The translations under genes were made by a program, and so were the position numbers. 64,000 bases of DNA from Ranitomeya imitator (lineage: Eukaryota): the NCBI RefSeq assembly GCF_032444005.1, contig NC_091282.1, positions 55,552,001 to 55,616,000 on the forward strand, read 5' to 3'. Below, one piece after another: positions 11,070-24,541 of this stretch (positions are counted from its first letter, which is position 1; each line of letters opens with the position of its first letter). Under the pieces are notes generated by a model. It was not told the DNA's origin, searched no databases, and was given only the letters and a program-made list of their open reading frames with translations.

Positions 11070-11897
11070 ATTCACAAATTAGACACAGCCGTGGTGTTCG
11101 GCTATAATAGCCGACACTGCAGTCAGATCTTCTGAGGCGAAGGTGGTGCAGCAAAGATGGTGCAGCCCTCCCCGGGTAGGGCTAGCCCCAGGGCAGTTGT
11201 AAAGTTAGGTGTTAAGATGGTGGTTGTTATTATGCCAGGCATTTGACGCAGTAATAACTCAAAGGACACAGCAAGGTGCAGTTTCCACTTTTACTCACAG
11301 TTCTTCAGTCCACAAACGCCAGCTGGATGCTGTGTTCTCCGGGTCAGTGGTCCTGCAAACTCCCAGGTAGATTGGGATGCACCTTTCCATGACTCCTTTC
11401 GTATGCCTTTCTCCGGCCATCTCACTACACTGGCTTCCACTTCTCCTGCTCAGCATCTCACCCACAGTGTCCCAAGCCAGCAGTCATGAACCTGGTCGGG
11501 CAACGTCCGCTGCCTTTTTGGCGAGTTATGGGTGGATGTGGCTGTGACTCTTACAGACAACACAGGCTCCGGTTTCTTTCCGCAGAATGTCAATTCTTTG
11601 GGCGGATTCTGCAGCGTTTTACCCCTGCTCCTCAATAGGAATCCGTAGGTGTAAAACCGCAGGTGAAAGCCACACAAAGAACGCAGCAAATTTGCGTTAA
11701 ATCCGCAAGTAAAAATCAGTGCATTTTACCTGCAGATTTTTCAGAAACGGTGCAGAAAAATCCGCACACGATTCCGCAACGTGGGCACATAGCCTTAAAG
11801 TCCTGGGTAGTGCTATCCTCCTTACCTGAGAGTGGGATACCACACTTCTGGATGAGGTGCAGTACCTCTGTGGTGACTGGACCCCAGGGGCGCCACA
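11070..11897. mobile_element. Degraded solo LTR with its left end missing and an embedded MITE remnant (about 11590-11800)
   Basis: Ends in CCCCAGGGGCGCCACA like the LTR at 30551-31681. The start resembles the 'cctgtggtattcggtca' segment of that LTR family. Confidence 0.55.
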
Positions 11898-13109
11898 GGT
11901 GTCTTGAGAACACAGATTCTGCTAACAACGTAGCAGACAAGGCAGCCCACAGCCAGACAGGCCCTTATGGCATTTGCCAGAATTGCCAGATGGCCAGTCT
12001 GACCCTAGCACGTGGTCATGGGGGGCTGTTACAGTTTATGGAAGGGGGTCCAGAAGAATGAAGTGATGGCTCTGGTCAGACAGTATATGAGTTTATGGAA
12101 TCCACTAATGTTAATAGATGCTCTAACAATGAACTGGAAGGCAGAATTGTACCCACTGCCCCCTAAGTGCCAGTGAGTAGTTAAAAAATAGACTTCTCAG
12201 TAACATACTGCTTCCCTATATGAGCTGGGAAAGAAAAGATTATTATTTCCTGATGGCAGCATGCCTCTTTTCGGGTTCTACATTTGTAATTTTTCTGGGG
12301 GTGTTGCTTCATGGGTACACACTTTATCCAGGTAGACCATGTTCCCTTAGACTATGTAGCTACTACAGAAACCCTGACTACACACTTGACTACTGTCTAA
12401 TTGCAGACATCGTTTTGCTCCTTCCGTGTAACCAGTGGTTAGAGATGTAAAAATGCCATGTACTACGCCTGACTTTAAAGCTTCCCATTTGCCGAGCCTT
12501 CATGCGTCACCTCATTGTCTTATTTTAGAAAGTCCTTTTACACTTAGAAAGAAAACCTTTCCCGAGACGACCACGAATCTCATAACATAGGCTGGCGAGC
12601 CGTCATTCCGTCTGTACAGATTGTGTGTCACTGGTTTGTAAATTAAATGGTGGATGAGGAGCAAATTATACTGTCACAGAAATTCTGTGTAATTTTTGAA
12701 GTAATTTTTAAATGCAGTTTTCTTTTATTGTCGGCCAGAAGTGGATTCAACAGAATGGAGAAGATAATATCTTATACGTAACGTTATTTTGAATCCTCTT
12801 TTGGTTTTTGGCACTAAAAACTGCTTCAAAATCGGCCTGAACAACAATAGCTCTGTTCACTGACAGCAAACAGAAAATTTGCCATATGAGGAGGAACTGA
12901 AATCTAAAAAACCATTGCAAAATTAAATAACACGTCGCTATATAATAATTTCGCCACATTACATAAAAATGGAAAATTCCTTTTAATGGCTACTAGTGAA
13001 GATGAGCGAATGTGCTCGGATAAGGTATTATCCAAACATGCTCGGGTGCTAACCCAGTGTCTTCGGAGTGGTCAAAAAATATGTTGGAGTCCCTGTGGAT
13101 AAATGGATG

Positions 13110-13300
13110 GTTGTCAAAAATGGGGGGGACCCCATGCCATTTTTTTTTTAAATTATTTATTTAAATAATTTAAAAAAAACTACTTGGGGACTCCTCAATT
13201 CTTGATAACCAGCCATGGTAAAGGTGAAAGCTGAGGGTGGCAGCCCCCAGCTGTCAGTTTTGTCTGGGCTGGTTATTAAAAATAGAACAGACCTTACGTC
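13110..13300 (-). mobile_element. Internal fragment of the non-autonomous DNA transposon family also seen at about 43.9-44.2 kb and 63.8-64.0 kb
   Basis: Reverse-complement similarity to about 63810-63960 (GGGGACCCCATGC...TTAAATAATT...GCTGTCAG). Confidence 0.6.
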
Positions 13301-15362
13301 AGCCGCAACACATACAGGGATTACCTGCAAATGTTTTACCCATGAGTTTTGGGGCATGACTAGGACTAGGACTTATACAAGTTCATACCAACTAGTCACA
13401 CAACACTAAACAAAATACTATTCATCTATGGCATCAAATATCTGTTTTTACATTATTTTTATTATTATTATTATTATTATTATTTTTATTACTTTCCCAT
13501 GTTTTGCCAGAAATTGCTCTTCAGGATTAATGATAATTTTTTTTTAAAGAAAACGGGCGTTATGTACGATTAAAAAAACATGGCTGCTTTCCTTCAAAAA
13601 CAGCGCCACACCTGTCCATACATGTGCAATATTATACCTCCGCCCTATACAGTTTTCTTGAGGCTGAACTGCATTACCAAACACAACCTATAGACAGGTG
13701 TGGCGCTATTGCAGCGAAAAGAGGAGATGTGCTTTTTGTGATCATGGAAGAGTTATTACTTTACATGCTGCTATTTATATGTCGATGGCACGTCAGCCCA
13801 GACTGGTCCGATGCTCGGAATCAGAAACCACTGTTACATACTGTCCTGAACCCCTTAATCCAGCAATGTAAGAAAGTCAAGACGGTGAGGTCTGATCTTC
13901 CTGGACAATCTCCAGCCACCACTGCGTTTCCAAGTCTGATATGATATTGCCCAGCGCATAAAGGGGAATTTCTTCTTGTAAAAAAAAAAAAAAAGTCAGA
14001 ATTTAGAACTAAAAAGTTTTGGCGATCTCTAATAGACTTTTTTAAAGTAACTTTTCTCTTTCTTTTTTTGCCTTGCAGTGTTTATTGCCTTTTTTATATT
14101 TTTGCACCAAATGCTCAAAAATGGCGCATGCGGGTTGATAAATTCTGTGCAAAATCATAAATCCTTTTTTTTTTGTCATTTTTACCTTTTTAGTGCCTTT
14201 TTAGATGAAATAAGTCACACGATCCTTTAAAATGTTGCAAGTTAGTCTCCAACAGCAAGAAAAGAAAATTAGATTTTATTCTCCAGCTGGATATCAAAGT
14301 ACAATTGTTGCCCCCCCCCCCCCCCCAAAAAAAAAAAAGAATCGAACATTTTGAAAAAGTAGCAAATGAAGCTAAAATATTAGAAAAAAGAGAATCACGC
14401 CTACATTGTCGAACTAAAAAAAGAACAAAAAAAACCAGACAAAACCAAGTGAAAATAATGCAAAAAAAATTTGCAAATTAAATAGTGAATGAAGTAGAAA
14501 ACATAATAGTCACCATTAAAACTGTTTTTACTCCCGAATAAAGCCATAAACAATGATGAATCGAGCACTTTGTATTTAAGCTCTTCACCGTTTTTAGGAT
14601 TTCTTCCCACTGGGAACAAAATTGTTTGCAGAGTTTGCTACAATTGTATCAATATCCTGTGTGAACTAAACAGTCTGGACGCAAAATTAATAAGAGCAGA
14701 CTATCAGGAGAGGGAGCTGTCTGCTCCTATTTATCATGCCAAAAAATTGCATGAACTTGACACAATTTTATCTTAAAAACTTAGAAAAAGTATTTTTTGA
14801 GGTTTTCAAAAATGATGAGTTTTTCAAGCACTCACTGCATTTTTTAGGAGAGATTTGAAGACGTTTTTCCTTTTCTGACGCGATTTCGCAGAATACTGTT
14901 GAAAATTTTCCTGAAAGTTTTTCTTAGTCTTTTGATTGGACCGTATCTATTTTTGAGGTTTCGCTCAGAATCTCCTACAAAGAAGTGACAAAAACTTTCT
15001 TTCCAATAGGTGTTTTATGAAAAAGGAAAAATTAATATACATAAAAAAAACTTTCACATGAACAGCAAAGTGGAATTATCATAGACAGAATTAAAATGAA
15101 GTGTTTTTGAAGCAGATTGTGGAGAAGAAAACTGGTAGTAAAAAACTGTATGAACATAGATTTAAAGGGAGATTTCATCAGGAAGCATTTATACAGGAAA
15201 TTGGTGGTAAATGCCAAATCAATGGTGGTCTCAATGCTAAGATCCTCACTGATCATCCAACCCGTGGGCTGCAGTCTACCCAGACAACAAGATCACTGCT
15301 AGGAGGAGGCTGAGGCTTGTGCTTGGTAAGTGATAAATGCTTCTTACTGAAATACCACTTTA

Positions 15363-15763
15363 GGCCGGTTTCACACGTCAGTGGCTCCGGTACGTGAGGT
15401 GACAGTTTCCTCACGTACCGGAGACACTGACTCACGTAGACACATTGAAATCAATGTGTCTCTGCACATGTCAGCGTGTTTTCACGGACCGTGTGTCCGT
15501 GTGCAAAACACGGAGACATGTCAGTGTTCGTGGAAGCGCACGGATTACACGGACCCATTAAAGTCAATGGGTCCATGTAAAACACGTACCGAACACGGAC
15601 GCTGTCCATGTGCAGTCCGTGTGCCATGCAGGAGACAGCGCTACAGTAAGCGCTGTCCCCCCCACGTGGTGCTGAAGCCGCCATTCATATCTTCTCTCCA
15701 GCAGCATTCACTGGATAGAAGATATGAAAAATCCTTTTTTTTTTTTCGTGTTTAAAATAAAGA
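15363..15763 (+). mobile_element. Left part of a non-autonomous DNA transposon (Harbinger-like GGCCGGTTTCACAC terminus)
   Basis: Near-identical to 50006-50370; the same terminus recurs at 63357. Confidence 0.75.
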
Positions 15764-17863
15764 CAGCGCCCCTTCAGCGCCCCTGCGCTCCTCCAGTGCC
15801 CCTGTTCTCCTCCAGCACTTCTCCGGCACTCCTCCAGTGCCCCTGCACTCCTCCAATGTTCCTCCAGCGCCCCTGCACTGCACTCCTCAAGCACTCCTCC
15901 AGCGCCTGTGCTTCTCCAGTGCCCCTGCACTCCTCCAATGTTCCTCCAGCGCCCCTGTACTGCACTCCTCAAGCACTCCTCCAGCGCCTGTGCTTCTCCA
16001 GTGCCCCTGCACTCCTCCAGGACCCCTCCAGTGCTCCTCCAGTGCTCTTGTGCTCCTCCAGCAATTGTGTGCTGCTCCAGTGCATCTCCAGCGCCCTAGC
16101 GCTCTTGCAGTGCTCCTCCAGCGCCCCTGCGCTCCTCCAATGCCCCTGTTCTTTTCAAACACTTCTTTGGCGCTCCTTTAGCACCCTTGCGCTCCTCCAA
16201 CGCTCCTCCAGCGCCCCTGTGCTCCTCAAGCACTTTTCCAGTGATCCAGTCAGCTCCAATGCCGTATGCGCTCCACCAGTGCCGCATGTGCTTTTCCAGT
16301 TCTCCAGCGCTTCATGCACCCCTCCAGCCCCCTATGTTCCTCCAGCTCCCCTGCACTCTTCCAGTGCTCCTCTAGTACCCCCGCACTGCTCCAGCGCCCC
16401 TCCATTGCCCCTGCGCTCCTCCAGTGTCCCTATGCTCCTCCAGTACCCCTGTGCTGCTCCAGTGCTCCTCCAGCTCCTCTGTACTCCTCCAGCGCCCCTG
16501 CGATCCTCCAGTGCTCCTCCTGCACCCCTGAGATGCTCCAGTGTCCCGCCAGCACCCCTGCGCTCCTCCAGTGTTCCTCCTGCACCCCTGAGATGCTCCA
16601 GTGCCCCACCAGCATCCCTGTGCTCCTCAAGCACTCCTCCATCACTCATCCAGCACCCCTGCGCTCCTCCAATGCCCCACCAGTGCTCCTCCAGTGTTCC
16701 TCCAGCATCCCTGCGCTCCTCCAGTGCCCCACCAGTGCTCCTCCAGCATCCCTGCGCTCCTCCAGTGCCCCACCATTGCTCCTTCAGTGTTCCTCCAGCA
16801 TCCCTGCGCTCCTCCAGTGCCCCACCAGTGCTCCACCAGCATCCCTGCGCTCCTCCTGTGCCCCGCCATTGCTCCTTCAGTGTTCCTCCAGCATCCCTGC
16901 GCTCCTCCAGTGCCCCACCAGTGCTCCTCCAGCGACCCTGTGCTCCTCCAGTGCCCCACCAGTGCTCCTCCAGTGCTCCTCCAGCATCCCTGTGCTCCTC
17001 CAGTGCCCCACCAGTGCTCCTTCAGTGCTCCTCCAGCACCCCTGCGCTCCTCCAGTGCCCCACCAGTGCGCCTCCAGTGCTCCTCCAGCACCCCTGCGCT
17101 CCTCCAGTGCCCCACTAGTGCTCCTTCAGCGTTCCTCCAGCGACCCTGCGCTCCTCCAGTGCCCCACCAGTGCTCCTCCAGTGCTCCTCCAGCATCCCTG
17201 CGCTCCTCCAGTGCCCCACCAGTGCTCCTCCAGCGACCCTGCGCTCCTCCAGTGCCCCACCAGTGCTCCTCCAGTGCTCCTCCAGCATCCCTGTGCTCCT
17301 CCAGTGCCCCACCAGTGCTCCTTCAGTGCTCCTCCAGCACCCCTGCGCTCCTCCAGTGCCCCACCAGTGCGCCTCCAGTGCTCCTCCAGCATCCCTGCGC
17401 TCCTCCAGTGCCCCACCAGTGCTCCTCCAGCACCCCTGCGCTCCTCCAGTGCCCCACCAGTGCTCCTTCAGTGCTCCTCCAGCACCCCTGCGCTCCTCCA
17501 GTGCCCCACCAGTGCTCCTCCAGCACCCCTGCGCTCCTCCAGTGCCCCACCAGTGCTCCTTCAGTGCTCCTCCAGCACCCCTGCGCTCCTCCAGTGCCCC
17601 ACCAGTGCTCCTCCAGCACCCCTGCGCTCCTCCAGTGCCCCACCAGTGCTCCTTCAGTGCTCCTCCAGCACCCCTGCGCTCCTCCAGTGCCCCACCAGTG
17701 CCCCACCAGTGCTCCTCCAGCACCCCTGCGCTCCTCCAGTGCCCCACCAGTGCTCCTTCAGTGCTCCTCCAGCATCCCTGCGCTCCTCCAGTGCCCCACC
17801 AGTGCTCCTTCAGTGTTCCTCCAGTGACCCTGCGCTCCTCCAACGCACCATGAGCTCCTCCAA
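15764..17863. repeat. C-rich hierarchical minisatellite (CTCCTCCAG core; 41/52-bp higher-order units)
   Basis: Unit GTGCTCCTCCAGCACCCCTGCGCTCCTCCAGTGCCCCACCA with or without GTGCTCCTTCA. Degenerate at the left, homogeneous at the right. Confidence 0.95.
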
Positions 17864-18903
17864 TGCTGCAGATACAAAAGTGCCTGTGCTTGCAGTATCG
17901 GTGAATGTACAGTCTGGTCCAGCAGCCCAACATCAATCAAGCAGGTGCGCAGTTGGAAGAGAGCCTGGGCGCCATCAAAACACATTGCATAGAATGCCGA
18001 CTCCTACCAAAATCAAAAGGCTGGAGGAGCATGAGGAAAATCTTATGTTATGAGAGTTCTTGCTGGGAGGCTTCAGGGAGACATTGAGCAGAAAATAGAG
18101 CTTGTCTGTAAGACGCGTGGTCTCTTCAGAGTCCACCTCTCTCAGCTTCTTACACTGATTGCTGCATAATATGGAGTCTCTCATAGGTCACATAGGCCCC
18201 GGAGAGTCTTTTATACAAAGCTGTCTCATCAGCAGGATCCCTGCAGCCGGGCTGTGATGTATAGATGGAGGCAGCTCAAAGCAAGATCCTGAAGATCTTA
18301 AGATGCAAATATTCAGCAGATCACAAAACATCCAGAATGACGCATATACCGCTCCCTGGTCCTTCTCACCGAGCATCTCCTGTATGGATTGTATTGTAAA
18401 TGCGTTTTACCTTGTCACAGGCCCTATGGATTAGAATAGTGACTCCGAAGAGTGTGAGGGAATAACATGGATGCGACACGGAGTGATATCTGGAAGGAAA
18501 GGGGGAACTTGGGAGTAGAAAGATGACAAGGACCCCCCTCTACGTACTATGTGTCCACATTACAGCACCCGTATATCCATCGGCCACCATTAATAATAAT
18601 GGGAACAGTCCAGGACATCACAACATGCAGCACATTGTATTTATGAGCCCCTTCATTAATGCCTTCAAATTACTCCATAGTTCTCGCTAAAGTGTTTTTA
18701 TAAGTGACGGATATTGTAGGCGCCAAAGTGCCGCCATGTGCCGCCACTGTACCTCCAAAACTACCGCCATTGTGAACTCAGAAATGCAGTGATATTAAAT
18801 CTATAAGCACCAGCAGCAGTACTCCTAGAAATGCAGCATTGTATACCTGCAAGTGCCGGCTGTGGTGCCCCCATAACTGCAGCATAGTAATCCTATAAGA
18901 AGT

Positions 18904-21121
18904 TGGAACGCCCAGCCAGGGCAGTGGGGTACTCGGTACCGGGTACGGTCTCAAGGGGGATGTCACGGTGGCTGCGACCCCGGTCCGTGGCCCTGGGGCT
19001 CAACGTTAAAGGGATCGGTCTTTTAAGGGAACAGTGTTTATAAGTATGTCGTGACACCACCTGTGGTGTTCGGTCAATAGTGGGACAGACGCTGCGTTAA
19101 AGGGGTCCTCTGGGGGATGTTATTGCAGCACTGATGAAACACTTCCCACAGGTGAAGCAGGGTCCCCAGGGGTCCTAAGGTGTGTGGCAAGGTGGTGAAT
19201 GCCGATGAATAAATGGAGGAGACAAGTTGTAAGTCTTTACCTGGTTTACTGTAGTTGGCAGGCCACAGTCCAGGGTACCAGGCACGGAAGATGGTGGTCC
19301 GGCTGGCTCAGAGGTAATGGAGGGTTCCCTTTTCCAGTAGAGGTCCATGAGCCTTTCCATCTAGAGCCTGCTGTATATGAAGTCCCTGCTGCCTGAAGCT
19401 TTCTGCAGAGTCCTCTATTCCCCTGTCCTGAGACAGGTACTTGCATGAAGGGCAGCTTGAGCCTTTTTACAGGGACTCTATCATGCCCGGACTCCTCAGG
19501 TGCTGCTGCGTCTCAGGTGTGGTGTGGGCAATATCCATATGATCTTATGCCCTCCGGTTCTGCCAAGTGTTGTACAGTTCCACTAAGGCCTCGGGCTCCT
19601 GGTACCCGGCTTCTGCGCTATGGCTCTGAGGGTGCCTGGTCACAGTTCCCCTCTGAGCCCTGTTCCTCTCATTTGCTCCTTACCTTCCGGCTACTCCACA
19701 TACAACCCTTCCAGGTTATCTGTCCTTTCAGAGGCTGCAGCTCCCTCGTGGCTGCCGGGCCTCTCACGTCTGCTCCAGACATCCTTCCACTTCAGTCTCT
19801 CTCTCCAACTAGCCTCCTTGGTCTCCTAGGACCAACTGCCTAACTCTTCCTCCAGACCAGGACATATATCCATATTTGATGGAAGCTCCCCTGAATCTGG
19901 GTCCTGAGCTCCCCCTCCTGGTCTGGATTCACAATGTGTTGCATGTGTGTGTAATGACCAGAGGTCCGAATAAGATCCAGTGAGTCACAAACCAAGACCA
20001 AGGCAGAAATCTCCAACGGTATTTACTCAAAGGCAAATTAATCAAGGTAATATGGAGAATATTAAGGCAGATGCACCCCAAAGATACACTAATTCAGCAG
20101 CAGCTGAAATCACTGTGCCACTCAAAGGTCTCCTGAGAACTGTGTACTACAACAGACTAGTAAGAAATTTACCTAACAGGCAACTAAAAACAGGAACAAG
20201 TGTAAATTGAATGTAGTGTTATTAAGGGAGCCCCTGGAATGGCACATTGAGTATAACTTACACAACTCTAATATAAGATACACCTCTAAAGTAACAATTT
20301 AACACTCTGAGCAGAGATACCCGGGTATCTATAACTATGGTACCGTATCCTGAGATGGATTTCTTCTCAGGCAGGAATCCGCAGAGGCTGTAGCCAGTTC
20401 ATATCTTCAGCGCCAATAAGTTACAGCAAGCTCCTCTTGTCTTGTCGGCCAATGCCGAGCCCAAACGCCGGGGACTTAGTTAGTGGTCTCACGATGTAGT
20501 CTCTGCTTCTGTAGCTCCTAGGAATGCTTCCACGACAATCCGTCCGTCTCTGTATCAGCAGTCTGTCCAGACTTGTTTCTCCACTCAATGCACAGGGAAT
20601 CCACAGACTTCCAAATTCGTACTGGGTTCTTAGCAAAGTCTCCGTCTTTTCTTAGATAAAGGGTTAGCTCCTCTCCAGGAAACGTTAGCAACACAAGTCT
20701 CTCACAGAGTTAAACAAAAGGTTAGCTCTTCTCCAGGGGAACGTTAGCAACAAAAAGTCTCTCAAAAGCTTCTTTTCCTCCAAAAACACTTGCAGTAAAT
20801 CCACACAGTCTCTTTTTAAGATCTCACAGCAGCTTCTCCTTTCCTTCCCGCCTTTTCTCTCTCAGCTCTCACTTCCTACTTTCACTTTACACTCGAGACA
20901 CTAGACCCCACCCCGCAGCACACATTGTCTCTGGGAGGTCTGTCCTCTGCTGCAACAGGCAAAAACCACAGGGTCCTAGTGCCCTCTCAGTGGGACTACA
21001 GTTCACCCTCTTACATGTGTGCCTTACCTGGTGAAGAGAACTCCATTGCCTCTGAGCATGACATTACCTTCCCCGAAGGAAAAGCAACATCACTCCTCAA
21101 CCGGTTACCTGGGGTGCTGCA
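18904..21121. mobile_element. Solo LTR (same family as 30551-31681) containing a second solo LTR, inserted into a 46-bp minisatellite unit
   Basis: TGGAACGCCC...GGGGTGCTGCA termini and shared blocks with the 30.5-kb LTR (GGGGTACTCGGTACCGGG, CTTCCCACAGGTGAAG). The flanks rejoin as the satellite unit. TSD not resolved. Confidence 0.7.
19950..21015. mobile_element. Nested solo LTR (1066 bp)
   Basis: TGTAA...TTACA termini with TGTGTG on both flanks. The outer LTR sequence resumes across it. Confidence 0.75.
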
Positions 21122-21499
21122 AGACAACTGTAGTGCCCCCATAACTGAAGACACACAAGAGAATAGTAAAACCAAAAACACTCAGTTTGAAAAAAATGTT
21201 GCAGTAATCCGCAAGTGCTAGTAAAAGATGTAAAAAACAGGGTATTTGGTTGATACGTTTTTTGCAAAAAATGTATACTAAGCTGCTCTACCAATCTTCA
21301 CGGTATACCCTTATCAGAGCAGTCCTAACTAATGTATGCAATCCCTATCTGATGTATTTAAAAACCTGATCATCTGTATATTACCTGTGTGAACAGGGTT
21401 CAGAGAGGAAAAATCCATGTGTGCATACAGGGTAGAACAGCTTTTGTGCAGATAGCCCAAGAGGAGTGGTGGGTAGCTCCCCAGTCTGTGCCCCTGTGG

Positions 21500-23045
21500 T
21501 AGTGCCCCCATAACTGCAGCATAGTACTCATATAAGAGACAGCTACAGTGCCCCCATAACTGCAGCATAGTAATCCTATAAGAGACAGCTACAGTGCCCC
21601 CATAACTGCAACATAGTAATCCAATTAGAGACAGACATAGTGCCCCCATAACTGCAACATAGTAATCCAATAAGAGACAGATACAGTGCCCCCATAACTG
21701 CAACATAGTAATCATATAAGAAACAGATACAGTGCCCCCATAACTGCAGCATAGTAATCATATAAGAGCCAACTGTAGTGCCCCATAACTGCAGCATAGT
21801 AATCCAATAAGAGATAGCTACAGTTCCCCCGTAACTGCAGCATAGTAATCCTATAAGAGACAACTGTAGTGTCCCCATAACTGCAGCATAGTAATCTTAT
21901 AAGAGACAGCTACAGTGCCCCCATAACTGCAGCATAGTAATCCAATAAGAGACAGATACAGTGCCCCCATAACTGCAGCATAGTAATCCTATAGGAGACA
22001 GCTACAGTGCCTCCATAACTACAGCATAGTAATCCTATAAGAGACAACTCGTGTTCCCATAACTGCAGCATCGTAATCTTATAAGAGACAGCTACAGTGC
22101 CCCATAACTGCAGCATAGTAATCCTATAAGAGATAGCTACAGTGCCCCCATAACTGCAGCATAGTAATCCTATAAGAGATAGCTACAGTGCCCCATAACT
22201 GCAGCATAGTAATCCTATAAGAGATAGCTACAGTGCCCCCATAACTGCAGCATAGTAATCCTATAAGAGATAGTTACAGTGCCCCCATAACTGCAGCAGA
22301 GTAATCCTATAGGAGACAGCTACAGTGCCTCCATAACTACAGCATAGTAATCCTATAAGAGGCAACTGTAGTGTCCCCATAACTGCAGCATCGTAATCTT
22401 ATAAGAGACATCTACAGTGCCCCCATAACTTCAGCATAGTAATCCTATAAGAGAGAGATACAGTGCCCCATAACTGCAGCAGAGTAATCATATAAGAGAC
22501 AGATACAGTGCCCCCATAACTGCAGCATCGTAATCCTATAGGAGACAGCTACAGTGCCTCTATAACTACAGCATAGTAATCCTATAAGAGGCAACTGTAG
22601 TGTCCCCATAACTGCAGCATCGTAATCTTATAAGAGACAGCTACAGTGCCCCCATAACTGCAGCATAGTAATCCTATAAGAGACAGATACAGTGCCCCCA
22701 TAACTGCAGCATAGTAATCCTATAAGAGACAGCTACAGTGCCCCCATAACTGCAGCATCATAATCTTATAAGAGACAGCTACAGTGCCCCCATGACTGCA
22801 GCATAGTAATCCTATAAGAGACAGATACAGTGCCCCCATAACTGCAGCATAGTAATCCTATAAGAGACAGCTACAGTGCCTCCATAACTGCAGCATAGTA
22901 ATCCTATAAGAGAAAGCTACAGTGCCCCCATAACTGCAGCATGGTAATCCTATAAAAGACACCTACAGAGCCCCCATAAATGCAGCATAGTAATCCAATA
23001 AGAGACAGTTGCGGTGCCCCTATATATTCAGAATAGTAATGCTAT
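21500..23045. repeat. 46-bp minisatellite, roughly 33 units, with a degenerate tail to about 23450
   Basis: Unit GTGCCCCCATAACTGCAGCATAGTAATCCTATAAGAGACAGCTACA. Stray half-units at about 18865-18900 and 21122-21150. Confidence 0.95.
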
Positions 23046-24541
23046 AAGACACCCACAGTCCCTGGACCCTCCAGGAATATCAGTCACACTACCATAAGCG
23101 TTGTCCACAATATCACATAAGTGCCAGCAGTACTAGACTCATAAGTGGCAGACAGAGTACCCCCATAAATATAAACCTAGTCACACAACTAGGAGTATTG
23201 TATTCACAGTACCCCAATAAATGCAGCCACACTAATCCTATAAAGGGCAGCCACAGTGTCTGGTACCTCAATAAATGTTGATCTTTCCCCATAGAAGTAC
23301 CAGCCGCAATATCCTATAAGTATCAGCCACATTATCCTCAAAGTGCCAGCTGTGTACTTCGTGTCAGTCACAACACCGCCATGTGTTTCAGCCACAGTAA
23401 ACCCATAAGTGCAACCCGCTCCCATAAGCACCAAGTAGACTAACTACATAAGTGTAAATGTGGCCGTTCTTTCCTCACTTTCTCACCAATATTGGGGGCT
23501 TTTATGGTATATGCTGTACTCTATAGTACTTCCCTCTCTTCCCGTCTATGAAACTTACCATTATGTTCATCATTTCCATTGAGCCTTTTGTTCTCCGTAC
23601 ATTGACCCTTTTGTTCTCCGCGCGGTCTTTTCCCCTTATCCATTCTTGTGCCAGAACTCATGATGCTAGGAGCGATAAAATGGTGGCACAGATCATTATT
23701 ATGTGTGCTTGGGCCACTCTCCATTCTAGTTTATGCACCTAACTTCTCCGCTGGAGGTTGCTTTTAACTTGAGAGGCTCGGGTCTAAAATCAAAGGTAAA
23801 ATCAGCGAAACACTTTGATTTCTGATCTTTCCCTCTAAATAAGTGCCAACTGGAAGCCTCTTATCTCTTTCACATCCATATAATAATTCCACATTGTTTG
23901 TTCAATACTAATCCTGACCTAGTCCTGAGGTTTCGTTACGGGGTGCGGTGTGTCATGCTGCTCTACGTGCAGGGTAATGACAAGGGAGATACAATAATGT
24001 TTCCATTCACTGACAGCAAGCGGAGATTTATGAAATGGTTAGCAATTCAAGCACAAAGGCCCCGATTCATCCAGACTGGCGTTTTGCACACCAGTCTTGA
24101 TAAAAAGGGTGCTGGATTGAGATGCAATTTGGCCCATGTTATAGCTACCATGTCCTGCCGCAAGAAATATTCTCCAGGCGCTAAAGTAGCATAAACGATG
24201 ATGAATCTGTTGGCCCCTCACGGCGGAACTGATGTAAATGCAAAAAAAGTTGCACATTTTTGGAGTTGTGCAAAAAGTTTGATATTTGAAGTAATTTCAC
24301 AGCAGAAAACTGCTGAAAGAATTAGGGGCAAAGTTTATTAAAAAGTTGCAGTGATCCTAAAAGATATTTTTCATGCTTGGTTCTCTTTAGGAAAGGGAAA
24401 AATCACGGACAATCAATATTATTTACGGACACGTTGGAAAACCATAATAAATGATTATGATTATAAGTGATACGTATCTGCAACCCATAATTCTTTTATG
24501 AAGACATGAGTTGCGTTCCCTGTAAACTGTAAAATGATGCT

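Noticed and set aside
15724-18053. Long Pro/Ala/Ser/Cys-rich ORFs (464, 595, 408 aa) and antisense Gly/Glu-rich ORFs
   Set aside because: They arise in several frames and both strands from a nearly stop-free minisatellite, with no splice context or domain.
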